DNA from: Vibrio vulnificus CMCP6 | GTDB lineage: Bacteria; Pseudomonadota; Gammaproteobacteria; Enterobacterales; Vibrionaceae | Direction of reading: 5' to 3' | Assembly: GCF_000039765.1 (NCBI RefSeq) | Contig: NC_004460.2 | Span: 870,001-902,000, forward strand | DNA length: 32,000 bases | Shown: one piece after another, positions 21,012 to 29,637 of the stretch | Layout: the number at the start of each line of letters is the position of its first letter | Position numbering within the stretch: the stretch's first letter is position 1 | The notes under the pieces: model-generated | Seen by the model: the letters and a program-made list of their open reading frames with translations, nothing else | What the model was told of the DNA's origin: nothing | The model's database searches: none | Position numbers and translations under genes: made by a program

Positions 21012-21707
21012 TTAAAGTGTTTGATCGTTTTCACTCACTAGGGTGACCACACTGTCATCATGCAGATGAAAAAAAGCCGTAAACCGCTGCTGAAGCATGT
21101 TTTGCTCTGCCCCTCGACAAAGACATAACGCCAGCTTACCGCGATGAAGATCCACCTCCTCTACGTAGGAATGGGAGAACTCCAAGTAACGACCGACGGT
21201 CGGGTAAATCGCTTTAAATAAGCTTTCTTTGGCAGAAAAAACCAAGGACACTAAACGATGGATTGGCCAATCCGTCGCTGCTACCAAAGCCCGCTCTTGT
21301 GGTGTCACCAAAATCAGCGGCATGATTTCCTTCGCAGCACGTTCACTGACAAATTTCTCCATATCAACACCAAGTTTTGCATGTTCATGCATTTTACTAA
21401 CCACGCAAATCGCAGTGTGATCGGTATGCGATATACTACCAAGCCATCCTGACGGCCATTGTGGCGCTCGGTGCTCCCCCACACAGACGTGATATGAAGG
21501 ACTTTTAAGCGCCACTAACGCATCACGCGCAACCACGCGCCCAGCAACAAACTCCGCCCGACGCTTGCAGCTTGCTTGCTGAAGTGAATCTGGCACCGCG
21601 ATCTGCCACGCTTGCGCACTGTTGGGCTCAAAGCTAGACGCATCAAACTGACGCTGCCAAACCGTGTGCCCACCTAAGCTCAACGTGGTGGGGTCTGAGA
21701 GCCGCAT
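21012..21707 (-). CDS. 4'-phosphopantetheinyl transferase, EntD/VibD/AngD-like, siderophore-associated
   Basis: 231 aa; GSISHTDHTAICVVS, LGVDMEKFVSERAAKEI, FSAKESLFKAIYP; starts 4 nt after the stop of the NRPS subunit. Confidence 0.9.
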   Translation of the reverse strand: MRLSDPTTLSLGGHTVWQRQFDASSFEPNSAQAWQIAVPDSLQQASCKRRAEFVAGRVVARDALVALKSPSYHVCVGEHRAPQWPSGWLGSISHTDHTAICVVSKMHEHAKLGVDMEKFVSERAAKEIMPLILVTPQERALVAATDWPIHRLVSLVFSAKESLFKAIYPTVGRYLEFSHSYVEEVDLHRGKLALCLCRGAEQNMLQQRFTAFFHLHDDSVVTLVSENDQTL

Positions 21708-21711
21708 CGGT

Positions 21712-24700
21712 TTACGCGCCTTCGTGTGCCAGACAGGCCGTTGCTTCTAGCGCCGCCACTTGTTCTTGTAGCTGAGCCAAATCCTGATCTTGCGCGACGC
21801 AACCAGCGAACACCTCAAACAAGCGACGATTGACGTCCGAAAGCAGTGTCACTTGAGCTGGACTGTAATTTTTGTTCATGTAACTCATCATCACGCGCAG
21901 AGTTTGCTCGCCATCAATGCTCTCTTCCATGACTTCAAACTGCAGCCCCAAACCCGATTCACTTTTGTCTGGATCAACTTGCTGGAAGCGGACACGCTCG
22001 TTTTCAGACAGTTCAAACGCACCATGAAACTTGTTCTTGGCGTGCAATTGAATGAAGACTTCAAACATGTGTCCTTCGGTGTCGTGGTCAACCCCTTTTA
22101 AGCCCTCTTCAATCAAATCGATAGGAATATCCGTGTAGGCCATGGATTCATTGATGCTGTTTTTTACCTGCTCAATCAACTGCCAGATGGATTTGACCCC
22201 GGCGAAATCAACCAATTGCACGCCTAGCGTAGTGAAATACCCGACCGTATCAAAGTAGTCTGCGTCCAAACGGCCAGCAGCGGGTGTGCCGACGATCAGT
22301 TTTTCAGGCGCACCAAGTAAGCGTAATGAAGCGGCAATAGCGGCATACACCACGTTGAACAGCGACGCACTGCGCGCTTTAGCCAAAGCATACAGCTGGC
22401 TGCTGACTCGCTGCGGAATTTTGATTTCTACCCAACCGCCTTCACCACATTCGACCTGTTGTTCAACACTTAACGGATGATGAGCGGGAAAAATCGGCTC
22501 CGCCCAAGGCAGCCCTTCAAATTTGTTCAGCCAGTAGGATAAATGCGCTTGGTTAACATCGGAGGCACGTTGTTTTCTGGCGAATTCATGGAACGGTCGT
22601 GGCTGCATGTGCCACAGCGGTTCGTGACCTTGAACATAACATCGATAGGCCAGCGCCAGTTCATCCATCATGGTATTTAACGACCACTCATCCAGTACGA
22701 TGTGATGGAACAACAGAGACAAGTACTGTGCTCCGTCAGCATCGTCCGTCACAAACCTCAGCCGCAATGGCAATTCGTTGTCCAGATCAAACGCGTACTC
22801 GGCTTCTTGCGCTAGAAGGTCGCTAACCGACAATCCTCCATTTTGCTGCGAGGTCCAAAACCATTGATACTCTGTCAGTTTTTCTACCGGAATCACTTGC
22901 TGATATGGCTGGTTGTCTTCGGTGGAAAACCGCGTACGCAGCCCAGTGTGGCGCAGCAAAATCTCATGGAAAGCCCGGCCAAATGCCGCTTCATCAACAC
23001 GATCCAAAAACTTCAGTGCAAACGGCAAATTGAAGATATTGTTGAGACCAACGCTGGCGTATTTGCTCATCGCTTTCCACAATGAATGTTGCGCCAATGA
23101 CAAAGGTGCTCTGTCCAATGCGATGGGATTGTGTTGCGATTGTGCAGTTGCCTTGGCTTCGCAGTGAGACGGCTGATGCACGACCGCCTGTTGCACTTTC
23201 GCCTGTTGCACTTTCGCCTGTCGAGCCAACTGTTTCGCACTCGGGAAGCTGAACATGTCGTTGATGTGGATTTCTATGCCATGATCCGATAGCAGTCGAC
23301 CAATTACTCTGGTCGCGATGAGGGAGTGGCCACCAAAATCAAAAAAGTCATCGTCTGCTGTCATCGTTTGGTTCGCAAGTGCCGTTCGAAACTCTGCCAG
23401 GATCGCCGCTTCCACCGCCGCTTGTGTTTGTTCATGAGTTTGGCTCGTGGTGTCACTGACGTTTGCTGGCTCGCGGTTGTCAGACTCATGCAAATGCAAC
23501 GAGCTAGCGGCTTTGCCTCCAATCTGGGCGACAAACTGCTCAAGCATAAAGGCACCAATGTATGGCGATGCGCCAGCGGCCAGTGTCAGTTCCAGCACCA
23601 ATGCTCCCTGACAGTTAAGGCCAACACCTAACGTTACCGCAAATTTGGGATGTGCCGCGGCAAACAAAGATTTTTCGGCGTTGACCTGATCCAATTGCAG
23701 ATGCACCGAAGGATCCACCAGCCAAGTAACAAGGGCAGCCTCTTGTTGACCATGATAGGAGGCCGCATAATGCTCGCGGCTTTGGTTGAGCTGCGCCAGT
23801 ATTTCCGCACTGTTACGCTCAATCGGGGCGGATACATGAGGAACCTTGATCGCAATTAACCCTGTTTCAATCATCGCCCCATTAAGCTCAAACGCTCGAC
23901 GTTCCACATCATAAGGCAGATATAAGTCGCACTGATCAGTGTTGGCGTTGACCGCTAAATAGCGAGCAAACAGTGCGGCAATGACGGAAAGCACCTCTTT
24001 TTTATTCGGTTGAGACAACCCATAGTCATCCAGCACACTGCCTTGCAAAGAAACACGATACTTACGAGCAAGCATCGGGTGCTCGGGTGAATCCTTTGGC
24101 GTCGCTGGCCAACTTTGCTCGACCACAAGTTCAGGCTGCGCACTTTGCAGCCATGCAAAGCAAGTATTGCCGATATCACTTTGAGGTGTGAGGGGCGTAT
24201 AGCCGATATGAGCGCTTTGGCCCGGTGAAGCCCCTTCCCAATCGCGTTTCAACGACGGCTGGTTGTAGCGCACACTCAAACGCTGAAACACACTTTGCCA
24301 ATCCATTCGCTCACTGAGGATCTGGTGCGTCACGACGCCAAGCACGACGCCGTCAATGTCACCGCTGTACAAGACAAATCGAATCGGCGCATCGTCATCT
24401 AGGGCTATAGGTTGGTTTTGCAACGCCATTAAATACTGCATCGCCTGCTCGAGTGAAACGACTTGTTCGATATCAACACGGAGTAAACTCGCGTCAACCC
24501 CTTGCTTAGTCAGACCTAACGCATCATTAAACAGGTAGCGCTGATTGAATATGGGAAAATCTTGCGACAACTGAGAAAGCGCAGCCACCAATTTACCCAT
24601 GTTCACTTCACCAGTCAGATGGTAAGCGGAAGCATACTGGTTACGCCCATCACCATGTTGTTGATGATACAGCCAAACTCGTTGCTCAAACTCGCTCACA

Positions 24701-24780
24701 CCAAGCGATGGTTCAATGGTTTGTTGTAGGATACCGTCTCGATGGGCTTCCAGCTTGGAAACATCCAGGTTAAGCGTCAT
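21712..24780 (-). CDS. Siderophore NRPS subunit, C-PCP-C architecture (VibF C-terminal half-like; vulnibactin-type)
   Basis: Carrier motif DDFFDFGGHSLIATRV, downstream C domain HHIVLDEW. ATG at 24780 (MTLNLDVSKLEA) has AGAAAGGAAT just upstream and is preferred over 24804. Confidence 0.87.
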   Translation of the reverse strand: MTLNLDVSKLEAHRDGILQQTIEPSLGVSEFEQRVWLYHQQHGDGRNQYASAYHLTGEVNMGKLVAALSQLSQDFPIFNQRYLFNDALGLTKQGVDASLLRVDIEQVVSLEQAMQYLMALQNQPIALDDDAPIRFVLYSGDIDGVVLGVVTHQILSERMDWQSVFQRLSVRYNQPSLKRDWEGASPGQSAHIGYTPLTPQSDIGNTCFAWLQSAQPELVVEQSWPATPKDSPEHPMLARKYRVSLQGSVLDDYGLSQPNKKEVLSVIAALFARYLAVNANTDQCDLYLPYDVERRAFELNGAMIETGLIAIKVPHVSAPIERNSAEILAQLNQSREHYAASYHGQQEAALVTWLVDPSVHLQLDQVNAEKSLFAAAHPKFAVTLGVGLNCQGALVLELTLAAGASPYIGAFMLEQFVAQIGGKAASSLHLHESDNREPANVSDTTSQTHEQTQAAVEAAILAEFRTALANQTMTADDDFFDFGGHSLIATRVIGRLLSDHGIEIHINDMFSFPSAKQLARQAKVQQAKVQQAVVHQPSHCEAKATAQSQHNPIALDRAPLSLAQHSLWKAMSKYASVGLNNIFNLPFALKFLDRVDEAAFGRAFHEILLRHTGLRTRFSTEDNQPYQQVIPVEKLTEYQWFWTSQQNGGLSVSDLLAQEAEYAFDLDNELPLRLRFVTDDADGAQYLSLLFHHIVLDEWSLNTMMDELALAYRCYVQGHEPLWHMQPRPFHEFARKQRASDVNQAHLSYWLNKFEGLPWAEPIFPAHHPLSVEQQVECGEGGWVEIKIPQRVSSQLYALAKARSASLFNVVYAAIAASLRLLGAPEKLIVGTPAAGRLDADYFDTVGYFTTLGVQLVDFAGVKSIWQLIEQVKNSINESMAYTDIPIDLIEEGLKGVDHDTEGHMFEVFIQLHAKNKFHGAFELSENERVRFQQVDPDKSESGLGLQFEVMEESIDGEQTLRVMMSYMNKNYSPAQVTLLSDVNRRLFEVFAGCVAQDQDLAQLQEQVAALEATACLAHEGA

Positions 24781-24849
24781 ATTCCTTTCTCCAAAAGGCG
24801 CCATTGCGCCATTTCACGGCGATAAAATCGGTTAATAAATTAGGGCTGG

Positions 24850-27800
24850 CTATGCGAGTAAAGCCGCAACCTGTTGCGCAGATTGACAGCGAACCAACTG
24901 CGAGGCGCTCAACTGGCTAGCAAAGCGTTGATTCAAAAGTGAAGCAATGCTGACAAGGTGAGATGGAAGTAATCCCCTCGACAAAAATGCCAACTCTTGC
25001 GCATCATCGAAGACCTCATCTGTCGCGATCACTTGGCGATAAATCTGTTCAATCTGTGCAAGTAGAGTTGGCTTCAGCACTTCCCCTTTTTCACGCTCGG
25101 CATGTGTTCCGGATTCGCTCGGCAGTAAGGAGGCAACCACTCGCGCTTGACACTGCTTTCTATCCACTTTGCCATTGGCGGAAAGAGGCAAAATGGTCAT
25201 CGGCATAAAGTGGGTTGGGATGTGCGATTGAGGCAAACATTGCTGAGCAAACTGGCGCAGTTGCTGAGCAGTCAGCGGCTTATCTGAATTCAGAGTAAAG
25301 AGCGCCGCCAAAGCACTGTCCCCATTGCCATCGAGATAATCGACGACAACCGCATTGGCGATCAAAGGATGCTTCAACAGCTCTTTTTCGATATCCGGCA
25401 AAGAGACTCGCACCCCACGAACTTTGACGTAACCATTCACTCGGCTAGCAAAAATGATGTTGCCATCTTGTCGGTAGTAACCTTGGTCACCGGTTCGAAA
25501 CGCGCGTACAGGCTCGCCACGATCATCATTGATGGTGACAAAATCCGTCTGCTTCAGCTCACCATTCTCTAAATAGCCTTGTGCTAAGTTGACCCCGACG
25601 GTGTAAATGCGCCCGACCACCCCTTGAGGCACATGCTGCTGCCTCTCATCCAAAATGAAATAGCGATTCCCGGGCAGTGGCCGTCCATAAGGAATGGTCG
25701 ACACATCCGCATCCGTCAGCTCATGCCAAATACTCCAAATGGTGGTTTCTGTCGGTCCGCCAAGCGAAATCAAACGGATCGAACTCTCCAGTGCGCGCAG
25801 TTGAGCAATGGTCGCAGGCTTAATGTAGTCGCCCCCTTGGGCAACCAAACGCAACGATTGCAGTTGCGAGCCTTGCGTGCAAGAAAGCAGCATTTCCAAA
25901 ATCGCTGGCACCGACACCCAAATCGTCACCTTATGCTGCTCAATCAATTGGTTCCATTTCAGCGCATCTTTTTCACCATCGGCTCCTGGAAGCACCAGCG
26001 TCGCCCCGGAGCTAAAAGCCGCAAACACGTCAAACACCGACATATCGTGGTGATACGGTGTCACGGACATGATCACATCCTGCGACGAAATCGACCACTC
26101 ACGGCAGGTTTGACCAATGACATTGGACGTCGCTTGATTATTGACCACCACGCATTTCGGTTTGCCAGTGGTGCCCGAGGTATACAGATAGTAGGCCGTT
26201 TGGGTGCTTTGACTTAAGCACGATAACTGTTCATCACTCGGCAACGGAGCCTCACTTGCGATGGGGCTGAGGAGCTCTGAGAAGGCAACCGACGCCACAA
26301 CGTCACCGTGTTGCGTGACCACCAGTTCTGCATTGCAATTACTGAGCAGATAAGCCAAACGGTCATGAGGTGAGGATGCATCAATGGGCACCCATACCAT
26401 GCCCGACAGTGAGCATGCCAACGTCATCACCAAGTGCTCCACACTTCGTGGAAGACAGATAGCCACCACACTGCCTTGTTGCAACCCTCTGACATTAAGC
26501 TGGCCTATCACACAAGCGACTTTCGAGCCCAATTCTGCATACGAGACCGTGTTTTCACCACAAATGATCGCCGTTTTTTCATTGGCTTCATCAAACAGTT
26601 GACGCGCAATGTGCGACAAGAAATCCGAAGGGTCACGCTGAGTTTCATCGCTATTGAGGCGATAGTGGGAAAGATCAAGAAAAGACGATGACGGTAAGAG
26701 TCCTTGCTGGGATTCAGACAGTTGTTGCAACAACGTTTTGAGCGCATTAAGAATATCGCACACAACGTTTGTCTCCAGCGCATCCACCGCGTAATCGAAG
26801 CTGACGATGAGATTTTTCTGCTCATCGTACGTCAGTCGAATGTCCAATGCCATTTGCGGTGTCTGAGTCACCCCAGAAAAGAGCGCCACATCGTCGGTTT
26901 CTTTGAGCGTCTGCCACGATAAGCCATTAGTGATCACCACGGGCAATGCTAATGCGGGTGAAGAGCCATTCATCAATAGGCGGTTTACGTCCACCCCCGA
27001 GAAATCGAGGTGTTCCAGCGCTTCAAGCATATCCGATTGCAAATCAAGAGCTTGACTCAGCACAGAGGCGTCCGATTTTTCATGCTCCAAAATCACAAAA
27101 GTCGATTCATTGCCCGCCAACTCATCTTGCTGCGGTATCACCACCGGAAAACCAATTCGCATACCATTTTCGGTTGTCCAGCAGGCCAACACTTGTACGA
27201 TGGCGGCGGTCAACAATGAGTTGACGAACAAACCATTTTCCGCCCCAAGCAGGGTCAGTTGTTGCAGCTCAGCACGGCGAATTTGCAAGCTTTCTCGCGC
27301 ATAACGAGAAGTGCGGATGGTCTCCAGCGGTTGTTTCCAAGGCAATGCCGGGGGCAAGCAGTCACGATGCAATTTTTCTTGCCAATAGCGTTCGTCTTGC
27401 GCTCGTTTCGCCGTATCGATGACGGGCCCTTGACGCTTTGGTGAGCGAGGGGGCAGCAAATCTTGAATGCCATCTTCTTGCTGACCAAGCAGCGTTGCGA
27501 GAATGATCGAATGACTGCGCCCATCAACAATCAGGGCATCAAAACTGGTGAAAATAATGGTGTTTATTCGACTGGCGTACTCTGGGGGCAATTGAACGAC
27601 ACACACCTCCCAAGGCGAACCGCTTAAATCGTGCATTTTATGGCGATAGTGCTCGCGAAGTGGCTCCACCGCTAAAAGTGCTTTTTCACGAGAAAGATGC
27701 TGAAAATCAAACGTTTTTAAATTGAGTTCAATGATGGGAGAAACAAACTGCAGCAATTTATCTTGGTCGATGTGCGTCCTCAACGCCGGGAGCTGTTCAA

Positions 27801-29418
27801 CCAAGCGGGTGAGATTTTCTCGCACCGTCTCGGTTGCTAAATTGCCGCGATATTCGCGAAACTCATGCATCGCAACGCCACCTAAGGCAATTTGAGTTGA
27901 ACGCCCTAACAAATACGATTTCTGCAAGTTGCTCAATGGTGTCGCCGCTATATTTTTCGACTCGGATTGCCCCAATGCCGCGTCTAGCTGTTCGAGCGTC
28001 TGATGCATGATTTGTGGGAACGTCGCAAGGCGGCGAATCAACGCAACGTAATGAGCAAACATGGACTCAATCACCTCTTGCTCCAAAAGATCCGAACGAA
28101 TATCCCAGTTAGCTAAAATGCCGCCATAAGCAGGGGCAATCTGCGCATCTAGCGTGACTTGTGCTCCTTGCGAAATCACCCAATTCATCCGGCCTAAACT
28201 GTCCGTCACTTGCTGAGAAAAGAGCTCACCACCGTCGATATCCATACCGGAAGTAAACACCACGGGCGAGCGTTGCACCTGACCCGCCAAGCGTGACAAA
28301 TCACGCATCACCTGCACACCTGAGTATGTTTCATGACTCAGCAACAGGTTCAGTTGGTTCGCCACTTGGCGGCAATGCGACAGCAGCGTCTGCGTTTTGT
28401 CAACGTGAGCACTGAAGATCAGTAGGTTGGAAAAATCGCCCACAGCCTGCTCTATCTGGGGATCATAAATACCACGATGAAAAGTCGGGACATTTAATCG
28501 GAAACGATGTTCACGCGCACCAGTGGCGATCACTTGCGAAAACAGAGCAAGAAATAGCTGTGTTAACGTGAGATGGTGCTCTTTCGCCAACGCCTCTAAC
28601 GCAACACGCTCTTGATGGGTAAACTGATGCGCCAAGCGCTGAGTTTGTGGACGAGCTTCGTTATCCTGGTGGGACAAATAGGGCAAGGGAGGCTCAGGGG
28701 GCAATGATGATAGACGCGCTTGCCACCACTGTTTATCGCTGGCCTTGCGCTGCGCTAAATAGCGATCCGCTTGCTGATGGTCAAGGTAATGAAAATAGGT
28801 TATCTGAGGCTCTTCGCTCATGACTAAATCGGATTCTTGTGCAGACAGGTAAAGTCGCGCTAACTCTTCGACCACAATTCGGAAACTCTGCGCATCGCAC
28901 GCAATCATATCCGCATCAATGTGCAATCGATGCTCATTATTGGCGAGCAAGGTCACACTGATCTCGATGGGGCTGCTTTGATTCAAATCCAAGATTTGGT
29001 GGCTCATTCGCTCTCGCTTGTTATGCAAGAACTGCTCGACCTCTGGTTTGGAATAGCGCGCAATGTCTTCCACCGTTAGTTGGTGACAAGCAGATAGAGG
29101 GAGAATGTGTTGTTGCCCCTCGGCAGTGATCGCTAACCGTAACATGGGATGCTTCGCATACAGTGCCCGCACCGCCATTGATAACGCTTCACGATTTAAA
29201 TCTCGTCCATCGAACTCGGCATAGAGATGGGCAGCCAAGCCTTCCATCGCATTGCCTTTTTGCCTTCCTAACCAATAAGCGGCCTGCATTGCCGTCATTT
29301 CTTTCATGTTAAAATCCAAACATAGTCCATTCACTTCGCCTGTCGGTCTGTCGTCTGTCGGCGCACAATTTGATAGCATTTCGCCACCCAAATTTACATT
29401 AATAATAATCATTATCAT
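24850..29418 (-). CDS. Siderophore NRPS subunit, Cy-Cy-A plus C-terminal carrier-like domain (VibF N-terminal half-like; vulnibactin-type)
   Basis: Cy motifs DMIACDAQS and DALIVDGRS, A-domain YLYTSGTTGKPK, GGPTETTIWS, FRTGDQGYYRQDG, LPLSANGKVDRKQ. True start probably 29379 (MLSNCAP) or 29307 (MKEMTAMQAAYWLG), not 29418. Confidence 0.9.
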   Translation of the reverse strand: MIMIIINVNLGGEMLSNCAPTDDRPTGEVNGLCLDFNMKEMTAMQAAYWLGRQKGNAMEGLAAHLYAEFDGRDLNREALSMAVRALYAKHPMLRLAITAEGQQHILPLSACHQLTVEDIARYSKPEVEQFLHNKRERMSHQILDLNQSSPIEISVTLLANNEHRLHIDADMIACDAQSFRIVVEELARLYLSAQESDLVMSEEPQITYFHYLDHQQADRYLAQRKASDKQWWQARLSSLPPEPPLPYLSHQDNEARPQTQRLAHQFTHQERVALEALAKEHHLTLTQLFLALFSQVIATGAREHRFRLNVPTFHRGIYDPQIEQAVGDFSNLLIFSAHVDKTQTLLSHCRQVANQLNLLLSHETYSGVQVMRDLSRLAGQVQRSPVVFTSGMDIDGGELFSQQVTDSLGRMNWVISQGAQVTLDAQIAPAYGGILANWDIRSDLLEQEVIESMFAHYVALIRRLATFPQIMHQTLEQLDAALGQSESKNIAATPLSNLQKSYLLGRSTQIALGGVAMHEFREYRGNLATETVRENLTRLVEQLPALRTHIDQDKLLQFVSPIIELNLKTFDFQHLSREKALLAVEPLREHYRHKMHDLSGSPWEVCVVQLPPEYASRINTIIFTSFDALIVDGRSHSIILATLLGQQEDGIQDLLPPRSPKRQGPVIDTAKRAQDERYWQEKLHRDCLPPALPWKQPLETIRTSRYARESLQIRRAELQQLTLLGAENGLFVNSLLTAAIVQVLACWTTENGMRIGFPVVIPQQDELAGNESTFVILEHEKSDASVLSQALDLQSDMLEALEHLDFSGVDVNRLLMNGSSPALALPVVITNGLSWQTLKETDDVALFSGVTQTPQMALDIRLTYDEQKNLIVSFDYAVDALETNVVCDILNALKTLLQQLSESQQGLLPSSSFLDLSHYRLNSDETQRDPSDFLSHIARQLFDEANEKTAIICGENTVSYAELGSKVACVIGQLNVRGLQQGSVVAICLPRSVEHLVMTLACSLSGMVWVPIDASSPHDRLAYLLSNCNAELVVTQHGDVVASVAFSELLSPIASEAPLPSDEQLSCLSQSTQTAYYLYTSGTTGKPKCVVVNNQATSNVIGQTCREWSISSQDVIMSVTPYHHDMSVFDVFAAFSSGATLVLPGADGEKDALKWNQLIEQHKVTIWVSVPAILEMLLSCTQGSQLQSLRLVAQGGDYIKPATIAQLRALESSIRLISLGGPTETTIWSIWHELTDADVSTIPYGRPLPGNRYFILDERQQHVPQGVVGRIYTVGVNLAQGYLENGELKQTDFVTINDDRGEPVRAFRTGDQGYYRQDGNIIFASRVNGYVKVRGVRVSLPDIEKELLKHPLIANAVVVDYLDGNGDSALAALFTLNSDKPLTAQQLRQFAQQCLPQSHIPTHFMPMTILPLSANGKVDRKQCQARVVASLLPSESGTHAEREKGEVLKPTLLAQIEQIYRQVIATDEVFDDAQELAFLSRGLLPSHLVSIASLLNQRFASQLSASQLVRCQSAQQVAALLA
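29398..29416 (-). promoter_or_regulatory. Predicted Fur box for the NRPS/PPTase operon
   Basis: GATAATGATTATTATTAAT on the minus strand, 15/19 by eye to GATAATGATAATCATTATC. Confidence 0.75.
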
Positions 29419-29529
29419 TTACATGTAAAGTAATTAAAATGCCAAACAACGAGGCTTGTAGTGAAAGAATGTCAGTTCATCTTGTTGATTTTACTGGTTA
29501 GCATAGGGTGACTTGAGCAAGATTTCGGC

Positions 29530-29558
29530 TTGACATATCGATTCCTCTTTCTTAATAA
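29530..29558 (+). promoter_or_regulatory. Candidate sigma-70 promoter of the DAHP synthase gene
   Basis: TTGACA at 29530-29535, 17-nt spacer, TAATAA at 29553-29558, immediately upstream of the Fur box. Confidence 0.5.
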
Positions 29559-29571
29559 TTCCGACATTAAC

Positions 29572-29590
29572 GATAATAATTATCATTAAC
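29572..29590 (+). promoter_or_regulatory. Predicted Fur box for the DAHP synthase gene
   Basis: GATAATAATTATCATTAAC, 16/19 by eye to the Fur consensus. Confidence 0.75.
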
Positions 29591-29637
29591 ATTATTTATT
29601 TTTACAACTCAGTTACCGATATGGCTCAGGGGGAAAC

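Noticed and set aside
24798-24811. GGCGCcattGCGCC hairpin between the two NRPS genes as a terminator
   Set aside because: Only a 5-bp stem with no T tract; genes appear co-transcribed and an RBS follows directly.
24780-24850. Sequencing frameshift explaining the split NRPS
   Set aside because: The downstream gene has its own strong Shine-Dalgarno (AGAAAGGAAT) and ATG, and the upstream protein ends at a natural domain boundary, so a real two-gene arrangement is more likely; not formally excluded.
25624-26217. 197-aa plus-strand ORF
   Set aside because: Antisense shadow of the NRPS A domain; arginine/proline/glutamine-rich low-complexity translation with no domain signal, whereas the opposite strand is unambiguous NRPS.
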